A stretch of 64,000 nucleotides of DNA from Batkoa obscura (GCA_030770535.1 JASVEC010000003.1:434001-498000), one strand, 5' to 3'. Positions 1 to 13,985 are shown, numbered from the stretch's first letter. Translations and numbers: made by a program. Notes: generated by a model not told the origin, from the letters alone.

Positions 1-562
1 ATAAAAATACTATAATTTTAATTATAATTAATGAAAGTTCTATTACAATATCAATTTTTTTGCTTTTTAAATTTAATTATTATTTAAAAATTTATTCATT
101 TTGTTCAAATACATTTTTCTAAATAGTTTGATAGGTTTGTAAAACTTGTAATAACTTTATTTTAATTTTTTAATTTTATAAAAGTAAATTTTTATTTATG
201 CAACTATTAAGTTTAATTCTATATAATAGAATAGATCTCAGCCAAAATTTAACTATTTTTCAGCAAATTTGGAGTTTTTTTTACAAATTGTATCTTCAGG
301 TGATGAAATTATAAGATAAATTGCATTTCATAAAAGAAATTTCAAGTTGGTTGAAAATATTTAAAAGCTAATAAAAACTACTTGATATTAGATTGAAAAG
401 TGATTTGAATTCAGACGTTAAGGGGTTCAAATTTACTAGCTTTTTATTTGCTTAATTTTTATCCCACAAAGGATTGGATTTTCTATACAAAACACTAAAT
501 TGAAAAAATTAAAAAACAACTTCCTTCTTTAAGCTTCAAGTTAACAAAGATTCTATAACAAA

Positions 563-1882
563 ATGAGTGAAGTACAAGATAAATCTACTGTTGAACTCAA
601 AGTTCAGGAATCGAGAGAACAAGAAAAGCCCACCATTGAAAGCAAAGTCAAAGAGTTAAGCGAGCAAGAGTTAGCTAATTTAAAAGTTGATGTAGTTAAA
701 CAATTTGAGTTCTATTTTTCAAAGTATAACTTACCCAGAGACAAATACTTAAAGAACGTTATTACTAATGACCCAGATTTTAAAGTTGATGTTGACAAAA
801 TCTTAAGCTTTAAAAAAGTAAAGAAATACCAATCATACAAGGACTTAGTATTGGAAGCGTTGAAGGGATCCAAGACACTTGAAGTAAAAGACGAGAAAGT
901 AGGCCCAGTCACAAAATTTGATTTGGAGGTCGATTTAGATGAAATTATTGATCGTAGTATTTATTTAAGAGGTTTTGATAAATTAGAGTATTCTCAATTA
1001 GCAGAAGAGCTTCATGAATTCATGGCTGAAAAGATTAAAGAAGTTGGTTCAGATAATGAAGATGCTCTCCCAGAAGAGCAAATTGCAAGAGTTGATTTGC
1101 GTACATATTTTAACAAAAAAAGTAATAGCAGAGGGTTTAAGGTACTTTATTTTTTATTCATTTTTTCGGTTTATTAAATTTAGGTTTAGGGTTCTGTCTA
1201 TATTGAATTTATTGAAAAAAAGTATGCTGATAAGTTTTATGAATACTATAAACAAAAGGATCTCAAATTCAAAAATATAAAGTTACAAATATTAACACGG
1301 TAAGATTTCTTGATTTATATCTAATAAAAAATTAATGTAGATTTTAGTAAGCAACATGAAGCAAAAAGTAAAGTAGCAGACACCTATTCAGGTTTTGAAG
1401 CATGGACAATAGATGGGTTGGACAGAAAAAGCATGTTTCAAATCACCGGAGCCACTGGACATCTCGATTTTGATCCAGCTATTAGGCTTTTTTACGAAAC
1501 TATATCTGGAATTAACTATATTGCATTTGAAAAAAATATTTCTGATGACAATAGCCCAAAAAAGATTTACGTCATATTACATGAAGATCGTGATACTGAA
1601 GTAGCTATGCAAAACTTTAATTCCGTCAAAAGAAAATTAAGCTATAAAGTAAAATCTACGGATGAAGAAGATGTTGAAGCAACCTTAAAAGCTGAGCCAT
1701 TAGGCGAAGTTGAATTGGATTCTACTTATGCGCTCCGAGATGATTTATTAAAAATGAAAATAGTATGTAATGGCAAAGAATTGCACTCCCTAAATAAGGA
1801 TTTTAATGGAAAAGGACCTAAAGGTTTAAAACGTGGAAACAGCATTAAATTTTCAAAATCCAAGGCTTTTAGAAAAGCTTAG
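563..1882 (+). CDS. LHP1: La-family RNA-binding protein (La motif + RRM, probable second RRM); 3 exons
   Basis: La motif KQFEFYFSKYNLPRDKYL. Splicing out 1142..1189 restores RNP1 FKGSVYIEF. Second intron ~1300..1340 joins to ORF 1418..1882. Confidence 0.85.
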
Positions 1883-2048
1883 ATAAAATAGTTCCAGAAT
1901 GAATTATTAATTATAAAATTTTTAAACATCTTTATTGAATATTGTGCTGATGTTTATAGTAATAAAGTATTAAAATGAAATGTTATTTATATACATGATT
2001 TTTATTTTAAATTAACTATTTAATTTGGATAAAATGTTTGGAAGATAT

Positions 2049-2146
2049 GGGATGTTTTTTTTGGTTTCATTACTTTTTCCATTTTTTAAGCGCTACTTGA
2101 GTGGAAAAATTGTTAGTAAAATCCTTAAATACAAAAATACATCCCC
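2049..2146. mobile_element. ~97-bp MITE, family A
   Basis: TIRs GGGATGTTTTTTTT..AAAAATACATCCCC; internal sequence shared with other copies. Confidence 0.8.
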
Positions 2147-2419
2147 AAATAGTTGGCTGAAATATAGTACTGATACTAGATTACATCTTTTGTATTTAGA
2201 TTTTCTAATGTATAAATTATAGTTAATTAAATCTTATTTAAGTTTAATTGACCTTTTAAATACCAAGTTTTTCAAAAAATTACTGATCTAATAAAGCAAT
2301 TTTTAGAGCTAAATTTTCATATTGTAATAAATTGTTTGACTAAGTTTTCAATTTAGACTTAGAATCTAATAAAATAATCATTATGCTTTTAAGTTAGATT
2401 CAGATATATAAATAAGCAT

Positions 2420-2881
2420 TGTGAAAGTTGATACTTAGTGGCCGAAGTTAAAAGCTACTCTTGCTTAATTAACTTGCCTTGAGTCGAACGGTCTTAGTTT
2501 ATGTAACTAAGATAGACTTAACTTAATAGAAATAGTACGTAATAAGCTACGAATTATGTAAACAGATACAATGGGAGATACTACCGTAAAATCTATATAA
2601 GATGTTGTCAGAAAGACTTAGTGACTTTATTAACGATATGTTATCGGGGAGTAATCCAATTAAAAAAGCCTTGAGTTATCATATTGAAGAATCCCTTTTA
2701 TACTCCAATAAGTATGGATATTAAAAGGAGATAATACTCTTTGTAATATGAAGTTATAAATTCTCGCAGCAAATCAAAATAAGGAACTCTGAGTTGATTG
2801 TGCTTGAACTTGAGAACACAACAACTTAAGTGATTGTTGTGTTGTAATCAATCCGAGAGCTAAATAAAGCAATGTTTCACA
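2420..2881 (+). mobile_element. Solo LTR, copy 1
   Basis: TGTGAAA..TTTCACA termini; GCAT on both flanks; internal TATATAA and late AATAAA. Confidence 0.85.
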
Positions 2882-2973
2882 GCATAAACTGTCAGTTAGC
2901 TTATTTTTATTAAAGCTATCAAGCTAATAAATAATATGTTATAAGTAAATAAAAAACAATGACTAGGCTATAT

Positions 2974-3070
2974 GGGGGTGTTTTTTTAGCTTCATCACTT
3001 TTTCATTTTTTAAGCGCTATTTAAGTGGAAAAATTACTAGTAAAATTCTTAAACAAAAAAATACATCCCC
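2974..3070. mobile_element. MITE family A
   Basis: GGGGG..CCCC termini, ATAT on both flanks. Confidence 0.85.
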
Positions 3071-3305
3071 ATATAAAATGTAAAATATTCCTTTATTAGT
3101 TTAATAATTAATTATTACAATAGTTATGTTTTTATAATTAAACTAACCATAATTTATATAATAAATTTATTACAAATATATATACATATAATATTTTAAT
3201 ATAAAGTGCAAAAAAAGTTTCTAAGATAATAGTTTTTTTAAAGTTTTGTTGTATTTAGCTTAATAAACTTATTCTAGTTATAGTTATTTTTATTAATTTT
3301 TATAT

Positions 3306-3401
3306 GGGGGTGTTTTTTCTGACTTCACTTTTTTCATCTTTTAAGCGCTATTTGAGTGGAAAGATTGTTAGTAAAATTCTTAAACGCAAAAAAATATCCT
3401 C
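3306..3401. mobile_element. MITE family A
   Basis: GGGGG..CCTC termini, ATAT on both flanks. Confidence 0.85.
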
Positions 3402-3798
3402 ATATAATTTATTAATAATAAAAGAATTTTTTTGCTTTATATAATTTGCTCAATTATTACATTTATTTTATTTTATTTTATTTTATTTTATTTCTAAGTT
3501 TATTTTAGTTATTAAAATTAAAATTCCTTGATTTATTATAAACAGTCAACTAAAAAACTTTTATAACCTTTTTTTTAAATATTAAATTTTACAATACTTA
3601 TATTAAAAACTTTAACAAAAAAAACCTTTTTAAATTTAACAAATGATTTATAATATTTTGTTTAAAAAAAACATCAAAGCAGGATTAAATAATGAAAATA
3701 CTTTTTTTAAAAAACAAATTACAATATTAACTTTAAAAAATATAAAAAAAACTCATGTTTAAAAATTCAAAATTATTATTTTTTAATTTTTTTAATTT

Positions 3799-4347
3799 TG
3801 TGAAAGTTGGTACTCAGTGGTAGAAGTTAAAACCAGTTCTAGCTTAATTAACTTGCCTGGAGTCGAACGATCTTAGTTTATGTAACTAAGATAGACTTAA
3901 GTTAGTAAGAATAGTGCGCAATAGGCTATGAACTATGTAAAACAAATAGAATAGGAAATACTACTGTAAAATCTATGTAAGATATTATCAGAAAGACTTA
4001 GTGGCTTTATTAATGGTACAATATCAGGGAGTAATTCAATTAAAAAGCATCGAGTTGTTGTGTTGAGTAGTCTGTTTTATACTCCAGCTTGGTGGGTATA
4101 TGTAAGGGGCATAATAATAGTTATTCTTTATTATAGTTGCCAAGTATGGGTATTAAAACGTGGACAATAAGTTCTTTGCAATTAGGGGATAGAAATTCTC
4201 ACAGCAAATCTAAATGAGGGATTTTGAATTGATTATACCACATGGATCACGATCAAATTGATTACAAGATTACAACTGGTTTTGTAAGCAAGTTAAATGA
4301 TTATTATCTTATAATTAATCCGAGAGCTGATAAACCAATATTTCACA
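3799..4347 (+). mobile_element. Solo LTR, copy 2 (longer subtype)
   Basis: TGTGAAA..TTTCACA; ATTT on both flanks; homologous to copy 1 but with a different 3' module. Confidence 0.85.
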
Positions 4348-4488
4348 ATTTTAAGTTTAAAGCTATTTTCATTAAATTTATTAATAAATAAAATGCTGAC
4401 AAGTTTTTTAAATATTGTAAATAAAATTAATATTTAATTATAAAAAACTAAAATTATTAATTTATTAAAATGTTTATAGCTTGCATAT

Positions 4489-4950
4489 TGTGAAAGTTGA
4501 TACTTAGTGGCCGAAGTTAAAAGCTACTCTTGCTTAATTAACTTGCCTTGAGTCGAAGGGTCTTAGTTTATGTAACTAAGATAGACTTAACTTAATAGAA
4601 ATAGTACGTAATAAGCTACGAATTATGTAAACAAATACAATGGGAGATACTACCGTAAAATCTATATAAGATGTTGTCAGAAAGACTTAGTGACTTTATT
4701 AACGATATGTTATCGGGGAGTAATCCAATTAAAAAAGCCTTGAGTTATCATATTGAAGAATCCCTTTTATACTCCAATAAGTATGGATATTAAAAGGAGA
4801 TAATATTGTTTGCAATATGAAGTTATAAATTCTCGCAGCAAATCAAAATAAGGGACTCTGGTTTGATTGCGTTTGAACTTGAGAACACAATAACTTAAGT
4901 GATTGTTGTGTTATAATCAATCCGAGAGCTAAATAAAGCAATATTTCACA
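4489..4950 (+). mobile_element. Solo LTR, copy 3
   Basis: Near-identical to copy 1; CATAT on both flanks. Confidence 0.85.
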
Positions 4951-5345
4951 CATATAATAAACTATTAGCATTTATTTTAATAAGTAAAATAAAATAAAAT
5001 AAAATAAAATTCTTAAACATAAAAATATATCCCCATATAGGCTTTAATATAAAAAACTTAAAAGTAAATTATAAAATAAGTAATAAAATTACAAAGTTTA
5101 AAAACTTTAAATTGTTTTATTTCAGCTTTTTTTAAAGTCAAATCATTAGCTAAATTTTAAATATTATTGTTTTTGGTTGCAGTATTGATAATTTATATAT
5201 TAAAATAATATAAAAGTGTTTTTTTCAGTTTTGTTATTTTTTTTAAATTTTAAATTTAAATTTATAAGCTTTTTATTTGTATTAAAAATATAAAATAGAT
5301 ATTTATATTCTAATGCAATGATATTTTATAATTTTAATAAACTAT

Positions 5346-5682
5346 TATAAATTGTTGTTTATGCTGAAAGGTTTTACTTGTTAGACAAAAATATCTTCAG
5401 TAAATAAAAAGATATGCAGTTAAATATTGAGCAAAAAATTATTCTTAATAGCTTGTTTAAAAGTAAAATTTTGGCAAAATAAAGTTACAATAAAAATTGG
5501 CTTTTAATAAACCAAATTAGCAAATATTTGGCTTCAAAATTACCGCAAACTTGGTCACAATAAAGTTCCAAAGTTGTAATTAAGAATGATTCTTTGCTCA
5601 ATATTTAACTGCATATCTTTTTATTTACTGAAGATATTTTTGTCTAACAAGTAAAACCTTTCAGCATAAACAACAATTTATA
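5346..5682. mobile_element. Foldback element / long-TIR MITE
   Basis: Arms 5346..5449 and 5579..5682 are reverse complements (outer ~90 bp perfect) around a ~130-bp spacer. Confidence 0.8.
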
Positions 5683-6409
5683 TCAATCTTCTGTTTCATA
5701 TACTATAGCTATATATTTCCAATAGTAATATCTAACAAGTGTACAGTTCCCGAATACAACCATTAGAACATTAATTATGTCATTTTAGTGATTATAAGTT
5801 CATTTTTAATCAATATTTGCATGAAAATGTAATCGCTATAATAATTCTAAACAAATGAATTTAACTATTGCAATGTATGTTTGGCTATACTAAATTGTTT
5901 TTATTTAATTTCATGTTTAAATGAGCTTTTTGGTAATTCCCAATTTATTGAAAATTTCGAACTGTATCAATCCCATAATTTGTTACCAATTCATATCTAC
6001 CCTTAGTTCATTGCTATCAGTTGTACGGCCTATTTAAATTTATTAAATAATTTATTCTTACAAATAGTTCATTACAATTTGCTAGTTGTCATGCAATGTA
6101 TATGATTGGCTTTACTAAATAAGACCATTGATTTTATTTGCTAAAAAATCAAATTGAGAAATTATTGGCTCAGCCGAGGGGCTAGAAAGTATTAAATATG
6201 ATTTAAAATAAGATAAGTTCTGGTTACCTTCTCCATAGAAATTGTCAGCACATTGACCAAAGATTGATACTAGGCTAGAATTAGTAACCTTATTTTGGAT
6301 AAGCTGCACAGTGTCATACATATTTTATAATTTATACTCGTTCAATTATAGTTGTTTATAGATCCTTTTATATTATTCTTTTTATTATATATTATATTTC
6401 AACATAGAA

Positions 6410-7492
6410 ATGTCCCTCAACGATAGTGATTTTACTTCAGATGCTTCAGACTTCCCTTTAACACCGGAATCTTCTTCCTCTGTAAGGGGGGCTCTGGGAA
6501 GCATAAATAGGCATTGTAGTGAGAATTTAAATAAAATACAACTAAATGGAGTAATAAGTCAAGGAACAACACATTTAGATCAAAATAAACTAAATGAAAG
6601 TGAGTTAAACTTTTTAAATCAGTCTGGCTTAAACAATGACTTTTTTAATAATTTAATTTGCTGTGGTTTAACAATAACCAATTATAAAAATATGGTCGAA
6701 CATTATGAGGAATACCATACGCCAACAAGAGATAAGGATGGAAACTTGATTAATTATACATCACAAACTATGGATGAAGCGTTACCACAAACTAGAAGCT
6801 ACTCCCAACTATTAGCTAGCACCTCGATACCAATTACTGAAATGCCATCCCTTGAGTTTTCTTTGGATGATTGCAATGAACAGATGATGGATAACTTTCG
6901 TCAAACTTATGGTGAGCACCACTTAAGCTTATGGAACCTTGCCGAGCAGGCGAGGAATAATCCAAATATATTTTACACAGCCTTAGAGCAATTGCAGCTT
7001 AAAGATAAGAACGTGGATTCTAATGATTGTATTATGTCATCTACTTCTCCTAGTGAGCCACCAACACAAATAGGAGATGATTTGGAAGAGTATGATATGG
7101 AATATCAAGCAGGATGCAATGACGATGGTAAAGTTTATAAATGTCCTACAGAAGGCTGCACCAAAATATACAAAAACCCCAATGGATTGAAGTATCATAT
7201 CAATCGAGGACGCTGCAGTACCAAATCGAACCAAGACAGTGAAAAACCATATAAATGTCAAGTTAAAGGATGTTTTCACTCTTATAAAAATTCGAATGGG
7301 CTGAAGTACCATATGCAACATTCCCATCAAGAATTAATTCCAAATGTTTCTAGCAATCATATAGAGGACTTGTCAGTTAATCCCTCTCTCCTGGCTTTAC
7401 ATTTCCGTAATATGGATCCTAATTTGTTAAACTTAATTTATCAGTTTCAGAATGTACCTGAAGATAATACAATAAACGAAAAACAGCTTTAA
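6410..7492 (+). CDS. SFP1: Sfp1-like C2H2 zinc-finger transcription factor
   Basis: N-terminal CCG..HYEEYH finger and two C-terminal YKC..GC.K.YKN.NGLKYH fingers. Confidence 0.8.
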   Translation: MSLNDSDFTSDASDFPLTPESSSSVRGALGSINRHCSENLNKIQLNGVISQGTTHLDQNKLNESELNFLNQSGLNNDFFNNLICCGLTITNYKNMVEHYEEYHTPTRDKDGNLINYTSQTMDEALPQTRSYSQLLASTSIPITEMPSLEFSLDDCNEQMMDNFRQTYGEHHLSLWNLAEQARNNPNIFYTALEQLQLKDKNVDSNDCIMSSTSPSEPPTQIGDDLEEYDMEYQAGCNDDGKVYKCPTEGCTKIYKNPNGLKYHINRGRCSTKSNQDSEKPYKCQVKGCFHSYKNSNGLKYHMQHSHQELIPNVSSNHIEDLSVNPSLLALHFRNMDPNLLNLIYQFQNVPEDNTINEKQL

Positions 7493-7668
7493 AATAGTAT
7501 TTTTATTTATTTATTAAGATAGAGTGTTTATTATTAAAATAAAATTATTATTGTTACTACTTTTTTGAAGTTATATGTAATTACTTTTGAATCTTTTTAT
7601 CAAAGTTGTGTGTCTTGAATTTTGTTTGAAATTATAAACTTGTATTTAATAAATTAATTACTAAATAT

Positions 7669-7764
7669 GGGGCTGTTTTTTTGTATTTAAGAGTTTTACT
7701 AACAATTTTTCCACTCAAATAGCGCTCAAAAGATAGAAAAAGTGAAGTCAAAAAAAACACCCCC
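7669..7764. mobile_element. MITE family A (opposite orientation)
   Basis: GGGG..CCCC termini, ATAT flanks. Confidence 0.85.
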
Positions 7765-7894
7765 ATATGAAACGTAATCAAAATTCATAAAACAAGAAAT
7801 CAAAAACATAAATGTGGGGTAACATTTATGTTAAAAAGTATAAAAGATGTAAACAAAGGTCAGAGTAAATTAATTTTTTTACTAGAAGTACAAT

Positions 7895-9060
7895 ATGCTA
7901 AATTCGCTCATCTATTTATTTTCCCTATTTAATATAATTCCAAGTATTCAATGTAAATTTAAAGAGTTTATAGTGATGGGAGACTCTTGGTCCGATGGTG
8001 GTAACTTTCATTATTTATTAAATAAAACTTTACCTCCACCATACAACTTTGAAAATCGATTTTCTAATGGGCCATTATGGGTCGATGTCATCCATCAATA
8101 TTTGGGGGATGTAAAACAAATCAATTTTGCTTATGCCAATGCTACCTCCAGTAGTCAATATCGGAATAGTAAGTTAACAGTTAATTATTTCGAACTTATT
8201 TACTTAATTTTATAGATACTGTGCCAGGGGCTATTCAACAAGCCGACTCAGTTAAAAGATATTTGAATTTAGAGTGGCCAAAAAAAGAAGAAAGAAAAAA
8301 TATACTAGTTTCGTTTTATTTTGGTGGTAGTGATTATTCCTTAGGCTTTGCGTCTCCAGATTTAGTTAATGAAAATTATAAAGTGGCAATTGAACTTTTA
8401 ATAGAGAATGGTATCCAATATTTCCTTTTACCAAAATCATTCAATGTGCCTATGATCCCTCATACCAAGTATTTAGATCCTTATAGACTTAAACTTTATT
8501 TTTATATCTTTAGATTACACCTAATCTTCTTTGACTTTTTACTAAGGGATTTAAAAGCTAGTCATCCTAACGTGCATTTTTATACTGTAGATTTTGATGG
8601 TAACTTTTAATTTTAACTAATATCTAATAACTCATATCTCAAAACTTTTGATATAGAAATATTTAAAACAATAATTAAAACCCCCCCAAAAGAAATCCAA
8701 AAAACTGGAGGTTATAATTTAACTCATCCGTGTACTTTATACGAAGAAGAATCTACAAACTGTTCAGATCCAACAAGTTATTTTTTTTGGGATTTGGGAC
8801 ATGGAAGCAAGCGTATACAAAGAGTTATGGGTGAAGAAATGGTTAAAATTATGCAGTTAGCTCAACCCAGATACTTTAAAAAAGATTTTAAATTGAATTG
8901 GGTTTATCGATGGGAACTTGATAGGTTTGGAATCTTTGAAAATAGCTGTGATAGTGAAGAAATACCTAGTCATCATATTATGGACGATGATTACCTTATT
9001 TCTTTAAAACATGTCAGAGATTTAGTAACTTTAAGTATTCTTCATAATGAATACAATTAA
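7895..9060 (+). CDS. Secreted GDSL/SGNH lipase-esterase; 3 exons
   Basis: Signal peptide; GDSWSDGGN, RFSNGPLWVD and FFWDLGH motifs; introns ~8169..8215 and ~8600..8656. Confidence 0.85.
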
Positions 9061-9258
9061 ATTTGTTATATCAAATAAAAAGAACATTCATTTTTATTTT
9101 AACTTTATTTATAAAATTTAATAAAGGTAATTTTCCAAAAATATTAAAATTAAAAATTTGGTATATATTGTAAAGAAAGTTGATGAGTTAATAGATAGTT
9201 ATAATTTAACTTACTATAAATAGAATAGTTAAAAAGTGTGAGGAGTTCCGATACTCAT

Positions 9259-12200
9259 TTATAAGAACCCAGATTCATGAAGCAATCTTGCTATCTTTTC
9301 ATCATCTCTTTCCCTTGGTTCTAATTTTAATGAAATATCATATAATACGGTCATATCCGAAGTTTCTTCTATGCTCTTCAATATATATTCTTGAATCTCT
9401 GCGACTGAATCTAGTGAATAGGGGGAGTTTTGGAATTGTTGGATTTCTCTTATGGTTTCAGCAGTTTTGGCTTGTTTAGAGAAGTTGATCAAATGAGGGG
9501 CTGATGGTAAGTAATCTGGATTACCATCATCATTGAATGTAAGATCAGTAAGATATAATCCAAGGAAAGGTACACATGGTGGATCAACAGAGTGTAACAA
9601 CTCTCTATACTTTGCAAAATTACGAGATGTATCCATTAAAGCTTTATAATGTTCAAAAAGATGTACGGTTTTTACTGGTACTAAATCCCAAGTACGTTTC
9701 AATCGAAACACAGGTGCTACTGTAAACCCAGCTATAATGGCCATCATCGTATTATAATTGTTTAGTTGAAAAGCTTTATCCATAACACTGATGAAATGCT
9801 TGATTACCATTGTACGTTTCTTTACATCCTTTCTCATTAAAACAGCATCTGCTACCCAACGTGTGACTTTATTAGACATATCAGTCATTATCTTCACATA
9901 ACCATTAGCATCTTTACGACTCCAAGCTTTATTAAGGAATTCGGTAGGTTTAATTTTGTTATAATTGTTAGAATCAATAATTGTAAGTTGACGTGCAATT
10001 TCTAATGGATCAAGATCCAAAAGTTTAAGTTTGTTCATATTTTTAGGAAGGATAGGAGGCGGAGCAGTACGAGCATTTAAGATCATTTTACGAAGAGCAA
10101 CATCACTCGATTCTCTACGCTTAGAAATAAGTTGAACGATAAGAGAAGCTGGTTTAGGCATCACTTCATTCATAGTTGTACAAGCAAATTGTCTTAAATT
10201 TTCAAGGCCAACTTGATCTTCTCCTTCATTATAATATGTTTCTAACCATATTTTCATAATATTAAATACTCTTAATCGAACTGGTGTTAGTTTTTTTTCG
10301 GACCAAAGCTCTTGTTCATCTGGTTGAAGTCCATTTGGGCATTGTAAATTGAATCTTCTAAATAATAAATCAAAAAATTCGACAGTTGTTGTAAATGAAC
10401 GATAAGTTAATAAAAAGGTAGCAATAAATGAAGTATCAAGGGTATCATGAGATGTAAGGCGCTCTACTAATGAAACTACAGTACCTCCTTTAACAACATT
10501 ATCTACAATTATAATACTATCATCTTGGTAAGTATGCTCCAAGAACCATGGTTTTTCTATATGGCGTATGGATCTAGCTCTTGTTGGAGACATAGCTCCC
10601 ATATCAGAATACATAATGGATCCCTCAGCTCCATCATTGGAATTGTTTGATTTTACAGAGTGAGAAATAGAATGGCGAGTAGTATGATTTTGAGTTCTAG
10701 AATTAGGTGTTAAATTTTCTACATTACCATTTGGATACATTAAACGTGGGAAAGTTTCCATGGATTGTGCAGAGCGTATATTAGGAGATGGTGAAGACAT
10801 TGATCTTTGTCCTCTTTCAAGTGGTATCATAGGTTTATACTCACCCATCCCATTAAATTGATCTGGCCTTATAGTACCATTGGTTAAACCATTAATATTA
10901 TAAAAGGACATGGAAATGGCTCTACGAGGACGGAATTTTAATAACATTTCAATGGATTTGGAACCAGAATCATTATTGAGACTAGTTTCTATACGGTCAA
11001 CTTCTTTCTTTAATTGTAGGTATTCATATTGATCCCTTTCTTCCTGAAGAAACTTGGCTCCAATAAGTATTTTATAAGTTAAACATTCAAGTTCAGCAGT
11101 AGCTTTACGAACCTTTTCTAATCTAGCTTCAATGTTTTTTAGTCTAGATGCACCTTGAGCAGTAACAGTGAGTAAACCAGTTTGTTCATATAATGACTGA
11201 AGGTATCCATTAAAATTAACAACCATTTTTTCTGGAGAATCAGAAAAATTTAAAGTACTAACTGGAACTAAAAATTCCCCAGCATGTAAAATAATTCTCT
11301 TTATACATTTAGCAAGCTTTAAGCTATCTTCTAGATCCTCATTCCTAGCATTGTTAAGATAAAGGACATCAGTTGATATTTTTAATACAATTTCACCTAG
11401 CTTTTCAAAAAGATCAGTTACTTCTTCTGAAGTACTATCTGGTGCTTCTGAATCTTCTTGTGGTTTAACTCTTATCCCGTTTTCTTGTGCTGTTGTTACA
11501 AAATGACGAACAGTGAGTAATATATCATTTGATAAACTTTGGAGGTTATTAAGGGCATCGGGCGATGGCCAAATAGATGAAGCCATTCTAGAAGCTAAAA
11601 CTAACTTTCCTAAAGTTTTTAAAAGATGGGAATGATGTGCTTTTAATAAAGCATGTGAATTTAAAATGGAATAATCTTGTTCAGTGATTCCAGCAGAAGC
11701 TAAAAGTTTTTGAATGGATTTAACAATGCAATTGGTATGATAAACATAATCCCATTTTAACTTGTTTTTTATCGAATGATTCAAACGGTGAACAGATAAT
11801 ACTATTGATGAAGTTACTGAAGCCCATGATAATTCTGAAGAATCTGCATCTAATGAAGATACAAATCCTGATGGTCGACGCGCTCGACGTGGTTGTGGAT
11901 CAAATAATGGATCCGCAATTGTATCACTATCATCTGAAGCATCTGAGCTTTCAGAAATTGAAGAATTCCTTGAAGAAGTTATTCGAGAAATCGGTTTTGG
12001 CTAATAATTATGATTAGTTATTTGAGTATATTCGTATTAGTTCAATTTACCAAAATTCTAGCATTACTGTCTTGACATGGAAACTCCCAGGAAATGATAT
12101 CATTAATAAAATTAAAATAGTATTGTTTGCCACCCATATCACTAGTGACACCCCAATAAGGGGGTAATAATTTTGTTGGATCAGGTAATTCTATATACTA

Positions 12201-12759
12201 AAATAATTAGATATTAACAATAAAAATAAATAGATATTTACTTGACGAGGTATTATTTCATTATATAAAGTTTGAAATATTTGTAAGCGCCAAGATTCTG
12301 TTGGATGAAGCGCAAGAAATTCTAAGCCTTCATCAAGTTGAAATGACATATCTTCTTCTTCTTCCATATGACTTGAAAGAAAACTTTTTGGTGGTAAGAT
12401 GGACTCTTCATCATTAAAACTTACATTACTGCTTTTCCTTTCGTTTAAAATGGAACCTGGACCATTCCTTTTATTCATTGTTGTTTCGGAGAATTTTAAC
12501 TCGTTTACCTTCAAAAAGTTAGAATAATAAACTAGTTAGTATTATTTTTTCTTACTTTATCATGATACTCTCTTTCTTCTTCAATAGTTAAGCCCATAAC
12601 ATATTGTGGTGGAAATAAACCAGTGCGATCATCCATTTTACCTTCCCACCAACCAGACTCTTCATGAGAAGTTACTTGAAATATATCACCTTGGCGGAAA
12701 GTAAGTAAAGAAGTATCTTCAGATATATGATCACATAGAGCTTTTACAATTTGCGCCAT
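9259..12759 (-). CDS. CDC25: Cdc25-type Ras GEF (SH3 + REM + RasGEF); multi-exon
   Basis: SH3 in ORF 12532..12759 (ALCDH..GWWEG..GLFP); REM (FLLTYRSF); GEF motifs LEIARQLT and PPCVPFLGLYLTDLTF. Confidence 0.9.
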
Positions 12760-13985
12760 GTTTTTAATATTTAATTTTGATCAACTGTAAAATAAAAATT
12801 AGAAGTTATAAAGAAACCAAAGATTAATAAAATTTTAAATAAATTGGAACATACATTAATGAATTATTTAAAGCAATTTGAAGCTAATGTAAGATAAATT
12901 AATAAGTTTGAGAAAATACAAAGTATTTACTTTTGTTTTTAAAAAAGATCAATTAAAATATATACATTTTTTTAATGTTGAATTTATTGGATTAAATTCT
13001 AAATTTCTTTATTTTGATTAGTAGTGATTCTCTTAATTGTCTTATTATTAAATGCCAACTAAATTTATCCGAGAGGTAAAAATTTATGCCACATACGGAT
13101 GTACAAATTAGAACCCTATTAATGCTAATATAAAAATATTGGTTCTCTTGATGTTTTAATAAAATAGCCTGATAGAAAATTAAATGAAAATGATTGGTTA
13201 AATTAAGGTTGAAATTTTATTTAATTCTTCTCAAAATTATATTTGTCTTTGGTAAATATTTCCTGTTCCATTCAATGAGAGGTAAAAATATAGATATACT
13301 TTAATAAGATTTAGGCTAAGAGGACCATAAGTTATTGAAAGGTTTATATGATATATTAGTTGTTATAAACATCGAAGGATTTTTTTGAAACAATCATATA
13401 ATAAAGCCACAAATTGCAAACTTTGATCATAATTGTTAAACATTTGATAAATACGGTAGTTTTATAAAACATGGTTTAAATGAATTAAGATTAATTTTAA
13501 AGATAAGGTTTTAAATCGATAATTTGATACATTAACATCTGTATCAAATATTATATTGAAAGTCTTCCATAAAGTTTACTTTAGTGTTTAGCATATTGTA
13601 TATGCTTAATAGCAAACTAATAAAAGCATAATAATATTATGTAAATTGACATCTTTAAATATTTGAGAATATTAAATTCACTTAAAAATTGGTGCATTGA
13701 GTTATTATTTAGAATATCCATTTCTCACTTTAAATTTTTTAAAAGTAAAATAAATTATAATTTTTACATAAGATGTTTAACTCAATTAACCATTGGTATT
13801 TATTTATTTGGAAAAGTAATATTTAAAAATAAAAAATACATCAAAAAATTAAAAAAGATAAAGTAATTTTAACTAAAATTAGTGTTTTATTCAATGAATA
13901 TAAATATAGAATAGCTTAAATCGTAGAATATCAAAAAAAATTATATTTTAAAAACTAACAAGAATTCCAACAACTAAAATAATCA

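Noticed and set aside
2420..4950. Copies 1 and 3 as the paired LTRs of one TRIM or full element
   Set aside because: Each has its own TSD (GCAT; CATAT), the outer flanks differ, and no PBS or PPT is evident between them.
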